Assembly: GCA_964019425.1 (NCBI GenBank) | Contig: OZ025804.1 | Location: 372,001-436,000, forward strand | Reading direction: 5' to 3' | Origin: Flectonema sp. DT1601 | Taxonomy: Eukaryota | DNA: 64,000 nucleotides | Part shown: positions 58,376 to 64,000 of the stretch, piece by piece | How positions within the stretch are numbered: the stretch's first letter is position 1 | Layout: each line of letters begins with the position of its first letter | Notes under the pieces: model-generated | Databases searched by the model: none | What the model was told of the DNA's origin: nothing | The model's input: only the letters and a program-made list of their open reading frames with translations | Program-made: the position numbers and the translations under genes

Positions 58376-59993
58376 GATTAGCAGGTGGCAATAAACTGTG
58401 AAAAAAATATTTTAACAATCCGAGTGACTACAAACTGATAGTTCCTTAGAATTACGACAACAGGAATGTTTCATCTAAATTATTTATTGTTTCCGTTTTA
58501 AGAATCGAAACATAAAATCAAATGATCCGTCGTATGAACATCTTAAATGAGTTAGTTGGCAAAATGAAGGGAAGTGGAAATAGACCTACACCCTTAGAGT
58601 ATTCTTTTTTTTTCTTTCTTTTTTTTTTAGCAAAATACAAACTGATGACTACGAGGGGTTTGGGTAGCCCGCAGCAGTCCAATCGCGAAGATTGTAGTTT
58701 CATAGTATTGGCTGGAAGTGATCGACTTCCAGCCACCTTGCCCAGAGGCTAACATGTTGTAACAACTAAAGAAAATAAAAGAGAAATGATCTGGGAGTGG
58801 GGAGGAAGGTGAAAAAAATATAAAATCTTCTTTCTTTCATATACATCTTTCTTTATAATACGACCACATGTGCCATATGCCCACACTCCACGAAAGACAA
58901 TAGAAAACCCCGGAACAGTACCGAGGAACGTTCACCCCCCGTTGTCCAAAGCATTATAATTGTACTGTGGGCTTACCGAAAAAGCTTTAGAAATGTACCA
59001 CAAAAAAAATTGGTCAGCACATAGCCATATCAATCAGCAAGAAATGAAAACCAACAGGATCAGGTAAGATGACAGTCAGTTTAAGGTCATAACTGCGTCG
59101 GACCTATATATCCTTTTAAAGACGTTAGTACTGACGACAGTTCAAACACGCAAAGGACCAGCTGCTTTTGTCTTCAGTGCCAAGTGCAGAGAGAGACTCA
59201 AACAAGATCCATCGGTTGAAATCAGTAAGTAACTGTCGCTAGCCAAAACACTAAAAACAGGAATCGGATTTATCTTAAACTATACTTTGTTAGTTAAAGT
59301 TGGTGCACGAAACGGTGAACCGACTTAAACTGATAAAGCAAAAGCAACGAAAAAAGGAGAAGAAAGTAGAGAGGAAATACGACATAAATAATTGTATATG
59401 GATGAAAAGAATATTTTGCAATATCCTTTACATTATGGTGACAAAGTTACAGTAAAGACCATCAACATTACTAACAGCATGTGCTGCAATTGATTTTTTC
59501 TTTGCTGTCGACTTCGAAATACACAAAAAGAAGTAATAAAAAGAAACACTTTTTTATTTGAAATAATAAGTTGAAAGAAATAATAAACAAACGCTGCTGG
59601 CAACGTTATTCATAGCGTCATCATTCCCCGCTGATTCCTTGCCCTTGCAACAGAAACAGCAGACAACCAAAACAATCGTAAACCGACTTAAACTGATAAA
59701 AGAAAAGCAGGTTCACGAACTGCCAGCATTATTTTTAGTGCACTTGTTAAACACGTTAAAAAGAGAGGGAAATAGAGAGGAAATTCGAAATAAAAAATCG
59801 CATATATGGACGAAAAGAATATTTTGCAAAATCTTTTACACTATGGTGACAAAGTTACAGTAAAGACCATCAACATTACTAACAGCATGTGCTGCAATTG
59901 ATTTTTTCTTTGCTGTCGACTTTGAAATACACAAAAACAAGTAGTAAAAAGAAACACCTTCTTTTTGAATAATAAGTTGAACAAAATAATAAA

Positions 59994-61745
59994 CTAAACC
60001 TGATCAGGATTGCTGGCAACGTTATTCATAGCGTTACCTTCATCAGCCGATTCCTTGCCCTTGCAACAGAAACAGTAGACAACCAAAATAACGATAACTG
60101 CAAACGCCAAAGAACCGATAACGATTCCAGCAATAGCTCCACCAGATAAACCATCATCGTTGACAGTCACTACTACTGGGTCCGTGGTCGCTGCAGTCCC
60201 TGGAGTAACAGGAGTTGTTGCAGCTGGAGTAGGGGTGGGATCCGCGAAATCAACAGTTCCCGATCCTCTGGTGGTGTGAATGTTCACAGGAAATTCAATC
60301 TCTGACGAGTGGAATGCATAGTTGACAGCCACGTTCGCCCTAAGCAACAAAGCGTTGAATCTCAAAATACGAAGACCGTTGGCCACTTCAGTCGTAGGGG
60401 CAGTAAACGGGGTATTAGCTGGATCGCTCGTGATACCCGCTGCTGAGTTGGAAGTGATGTGGTAAATACCCGCAGAACTAACACTGTTCGTTGCCAAGGA
60501 AAAGGCAGGCGACATGCTTCCCGGGGTCGTAGGGAATCCAACAGCAAACCAACCGTTGACGTTCGTATTAGTCGCAGCAACCGCAGCTGATCCACTCGTT
60601 GCCATGTTCCAGTGAATAAAAACTCCATTCCCCAAAGACTTCATGCATTGATAATTAGTGGTACCCGTTTGAACGAGAGTCGATGCCATGCAATTCGATG
60701 CAGGGGTTACAGGAGGGGTAGGAGCAGGGACAGGAGCAGGGGTGGGATTCACGAAATCAACAGTTCCCGATCCTCTGGTGGTGTGAATGTTCACAGGAAA
60801 TCCAATCTCTGACGAGTGGAATGCGTAGTTGACAGCCACGTTTGCCCTAAGCAACAAAGCGTTGAATCTCAAAATACGAAGACCGTTGGCCACTTCAGTC
60901 GTAGGGGCAGTAAACGGGGCATTACCTGGATTGCTCGTGATACCCGCTGCTGAGTTGGAAGTGATGTGGTAAATACCCGCAGAACTAACACTGTTCGTTG
61001 CCAAGGAAAAGGCAGGCGACATGCTTCCCGGGGTCGTAGGGAACCCAACAGCAAACCAACCGTTGACGTTCGTACTAGTCGCAGCAACCGCAGCTGATCC
61101 ACTCGTCACTATGTTCCAGTGAATAAAAACTCCATTCCCCAAAGACTTCATGCATTGATAATTAGTGGTACCCGTTTGAACGAGAGTCGATGCCATGCAA
61201 TTCGATGTAGGAGCAACTCCATCAGCCAAGTCGATAGTTTGGGCAGCCCTTCCGGAACCTCCGTGATTAGATAAAGTTCCAGTACCACCAAAAGCGAAGA
61301 TAGTCAACAAGTTGCCCGTGCTGACACCAGTCCTTCGGAACTTCAGAGTGATGCGATTGTTAGACGACGTAATCGCTGTTTGCGTAATGGTCCCTGGGAT
61401 GGTTGCTTCAGTAGCGAGGATGTTGCCTCCGTTGGTGTTTGCCGGCGTGTACATCTTCACGGCGTTGAGATCAGCGGTTCCTCCCATCAAAATGGTGGAA
61501 CCAATCATCCTGTTGCCTGTAGGACTAGTTGGGTTCCACCCAACAGCAGCATATCCATTAGCACCAGTCTGTGGAGCATCAACCATCATTTCGTAGTAGT
61601 TCCCAGCCGTATCAGTCTTCCAGTGAACGTTGATACCAGCACCTGTAATCATGCACACGTAGTTGCTGTCAGTAGATGCAGTACCGCAAACAGCACTAGA
61701 AACTCCCAACATTGCGGCCAGTGCAGTAAGTCTGAGTAACTTCAT
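59994..61745 (-). CDS. DOMON-like type I membrane protein, copy 2
   Basis: Nearly identical to copy 1 (583 aa). Confidence 0.85.
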   Translation of the reverse strand: MKLLRLTALAAMLGVSSAVCGTASTDSNYVCMITGAGINVHWKTDTAGNYYEMMVDAPQTGANGYAAVGWNPTSPTGNRMIGSTILMGGTADLNAVKMYTPANTNGGNILATEATIPGTITQTAITSSNNRITLKFRRTGVSTGNLLTIFAFGGTGTLSNHGGSGRAAQTIDLADGVAPTSNCMASTLVQTGTTNYQCMKSLGNGVFIHWNIVTSGSAAVAATSTNVNGWFAVGFPTTPGSMSPAFSLATNSVSSAGIYHITSNSAAGITSNPGNAPFTAPTTEVANGLRILRFNALLLRANVAVNYAFHSSEIGFPVNIHTTRGSGTVDFVNPTPAPVPAPTPPVTPASNCMASTLVQTGTTNYQCMKSLGNGVFIHWNMATSGSAAVAATNTNVNGWFAVGFPTTPGSMSPAFSLATNSVSSAGIYHITSNSAAGITSDPANTPFTAPTTEVANGLRILRFNALLLRANVAVNYAFHSSEIEFPVNIHTTRGSGTVDFADPTPTPAATTPVTPGTAATTDPVVVTVNDDGLSGGAIAGIVIGSLAFAVIVILVVYCFCCKGKESADEGNAMNNVASNPDQV

Positions 61746-63101
61746 GATTAGCAGGTGGCAATAAACTGTGAAAAAAAATATTTTAATAATCCGAGTGACT
61801 ACAAACTGATAGTTCCTTAGAATTACGACAACAGGAATGTTTCATCTAAATTATTTATTGTTTCCGTTTTAAGAATCGAAACATAAAATCAAATAATCCG
61901 TCGTATGAACATCTTAAATGAGTTAGTTGGCAAAATGAAGGGAAGTGGAAATAGACCTACACCCTTAGAGTATTTTTTTTTTTTTTTCTTTCTTTTTTTT
62001 TTAGCAAAATACAAACTGATGACTACGAGGGGTTTGGGTAGCCCGCAGCAGTCCAATCGCGAAGATTGTAGTTTCATAGTATTGGCTGGAAGTGATCGAC
62101 TTCCAGCCACCTTGCTGTTTTAAGAATCGAAACATAAAATCAAATGATCCGTCGTATGAACATCTTAAATGAAGGGAAGTGGAAATAGACCTACACCCTT
62201 AGAGTATATATCCTTTTAAAGACGTTAGTACTGACGACAGTTCAAACACGCAAAGGACCAGCTGCTTTTGTCTTCAGTGCCAAGTGCAGAGAGAGACTCA
62301 AACAAGATCCATCGGTTGAAATCAGTAAGTAACTGTCGCTAGCCAAAACACTAAAAACAGGAATCGGATTTATCTTAAACTATACTTTGTTAGTTTAAGT
62401 TGGTGCACGAAACGGTGAACCGACTTAAACTGATAAAGCAAAAGCAACGAAAAAAGGAGAAGAAAGTAGAGAGGAAATACGACATAAATAATTGTATATG
62501 GATGAAATGAATATTTTGCAATATCCTTTGCATTATGGTGACAAAGTTACAGTAAAGACCATCAACATTACTAACAGCATGTGCTGCAATTGATTTTTTC
62601 TTCGCCGTCGACTTTGAAATACACAAAAAGAAGTAATAAAAAGAAACACTTTTTTATTTAAATAATGAGTTGAAAGAAATAATAAACTAAACCTGATCAG
62701 GGCAGCTGGCAACGTTGTTCATAGCGTCATCATTCCCCGCTGATTCCTTGCCCTTGCAACAGAAACAGCAGACAACCAAAACAATCGTAAACCAACTTAA
62801 ACTGATAAAAGAAAAGCAGGTTCACGAACTGCCAGCATTATTTTTAGTGCACTTGTTAAACACGTTAAAAAGAGAGGGAAATAGAGAGGAAATTGGAAAT
62901 AAATAATTGTATATGGATGAAAAGAATATTTTGCAATATCCTTTACATTATGGTGACAAAGTCACAGTAAAGACCATCAACATTACTAACAGCATGTGCT
63001 GCAATTGATTTTTTCTTTGCTGTCGACTTCGAAATACACAAAAACAAGTAATAAAAAGAAACACCTTTTTATTTAAATAATAAGTTGAAAAAAATAATAG
63101 A

Positions 63102-64000
63102 CTAAACCTTTTCAGGACTGCTGGCAACGATATCCATAGCGTTACCTTCATCAGCTGATTCCTTGCCCTTGCAACAGAAACAGTAGACAACCAAAATAAC
63201 GATAACTGCAAACGCCAAAGAACCGATAACGATTCCAGCAATAGCTCCACCAGATAAACCATCATCGTTGACAGTCACTACTACTGGGTCCGTGGTCGCT
63301 GTTATTATTGGTTTGACAGGAGCTGTTGCAACAGGAACCGGAGTAGGGGTGGGATCTGCGAAATCAACATTTCCCGATCCTCTGGTAGTGTGAATGTTCA
63401 CAGGAAATCCAATCTCTGATGAGTGCGATGCGTAGTTGACAGCCATATCTGATGTAAGCAACAAAGCGTTGAATCTCAAAATACGAAGACCGTTGGCCAC
63501 TTCAGTCGTAGGGGCAGAAAACGGGGCATTAGCTGGATTGCTCGTGATACCCGCTGCTGAGTTGGAAGTGATGTGGTAAATACCCGCAGAACTAACACTG
63601 TTCGTTACCAAGGAAAAGGCAGGCGACATGCTTCCCGGGGTCGTAGGGAACCCAACAGCAAACCAACCGTTGACGTTCGTACTAGTCACAGCAACCGCAG
63701 CTGATCCGCTCGTTGCCATGTTCCAGTGCATAAAAACTCCATTCGCCAAAGACTTCATGCATTGATAATTAGTTGTACCCGTTTGAACGAGAGTCGATGC
63801 CATGCAAATCAATGCAGGGGTAGAAGCAGGGGAAACAGGAGGGGCAAAAGCCGGATTAGGCGAAGGAGTAGGAGGTGGGGTAGGAGCTGGGTAAGGAGAA
63901 GGAGTTGGGGGTGGGGTAGGAGCAGGGACAGGAGCAGGGGTGGGATCTGCGAAATCAACAGTTCCCGATCCTCTGGTGGTGTGAATGTTCACAGGAAATC
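63102..64000 (-). CDS. DOMON-like type I membrane protein, copy 3 (5' end outside the window)
   Basis: Same C-terminal domain and TM as copy 1, with a longer Pro-rich linker. Confidence 0.85.
   Translation of the reverse strand, partial: FPVNIHTTRGSGTVDFADPTPAPVPAPTPPPTPSPYPAPTPPPTPSPNPAFAPPVSPASTPALICMASTLVQTGTTNYQCMKSLANGVFMHWNMATSGSAAVAVTSTNVNGWFAVGFPTTPGSMSPAFSLVTNSVSSAGIYHITSNSAAGITSNPANAPFSAPTTEVANGLRILRFNALLLTSDMAVNYASHSSEIGFPVNIHTTRGSGNVDFADPTPTPVPVATAPVKPIITATTDPVVVTVNDDGLSGGAIAGIVIGSLAFAVIVILVVYCFCCKGKESADEGNAMDIVASSPEKV

Overview
This is AT-rich eukaryotic DNA with long poly-A/T tracts. Every credible gene lies on the minus strand across 64 kb, and the few introns are short canonical GT-AG, which suggests a polycistronic euglenozoan such as a diplonemid (inference only). 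1-24.1 kb is a tandem array of seven near-identical intronless genes encoding an N-terminal ubiquitin-like (UBL) domain plus 25-aa BspA-type leucine-rich repeats (9-14 repeats in the six complete genes), with one divergent paralog inside the array and another at 36.4 kb. Amino-acid variation is concentrated in four codons per repeat (GxxFLxxC), and repeat cassettes are visibly swapped between genes. Inside the array sits a ~4 kb frameshifted Penelope-like retroelement: N-terminal GIY-YIG, then RT (the Naiad/Chlamys domain order), then an OTU-protease-like domain and a partial Cys/His finger. It is flanked by a ~90-bp direct repeat that also sits immediately upstream of every array gene. Array spacers are mosaics of pieces of the DOMON-protein array at 55.7-64 kb, a 7x ~240-bp tandem repeat and a small A-tailed SINE-like insertion. 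24-55 kb holds ordinary single-copy genes (histidine phosphatase, GH128-like, eIF2B-beta, EGF-repeat, P4H-like, TH1/pseudo-metacaspase, RNI-like LRR, His-rich, GID8, DHHC). 56.6-64 kb is a tandem array of DOMON-like type I membrane proteins. All family calls come from motif recognition by eye; no database searches were run.
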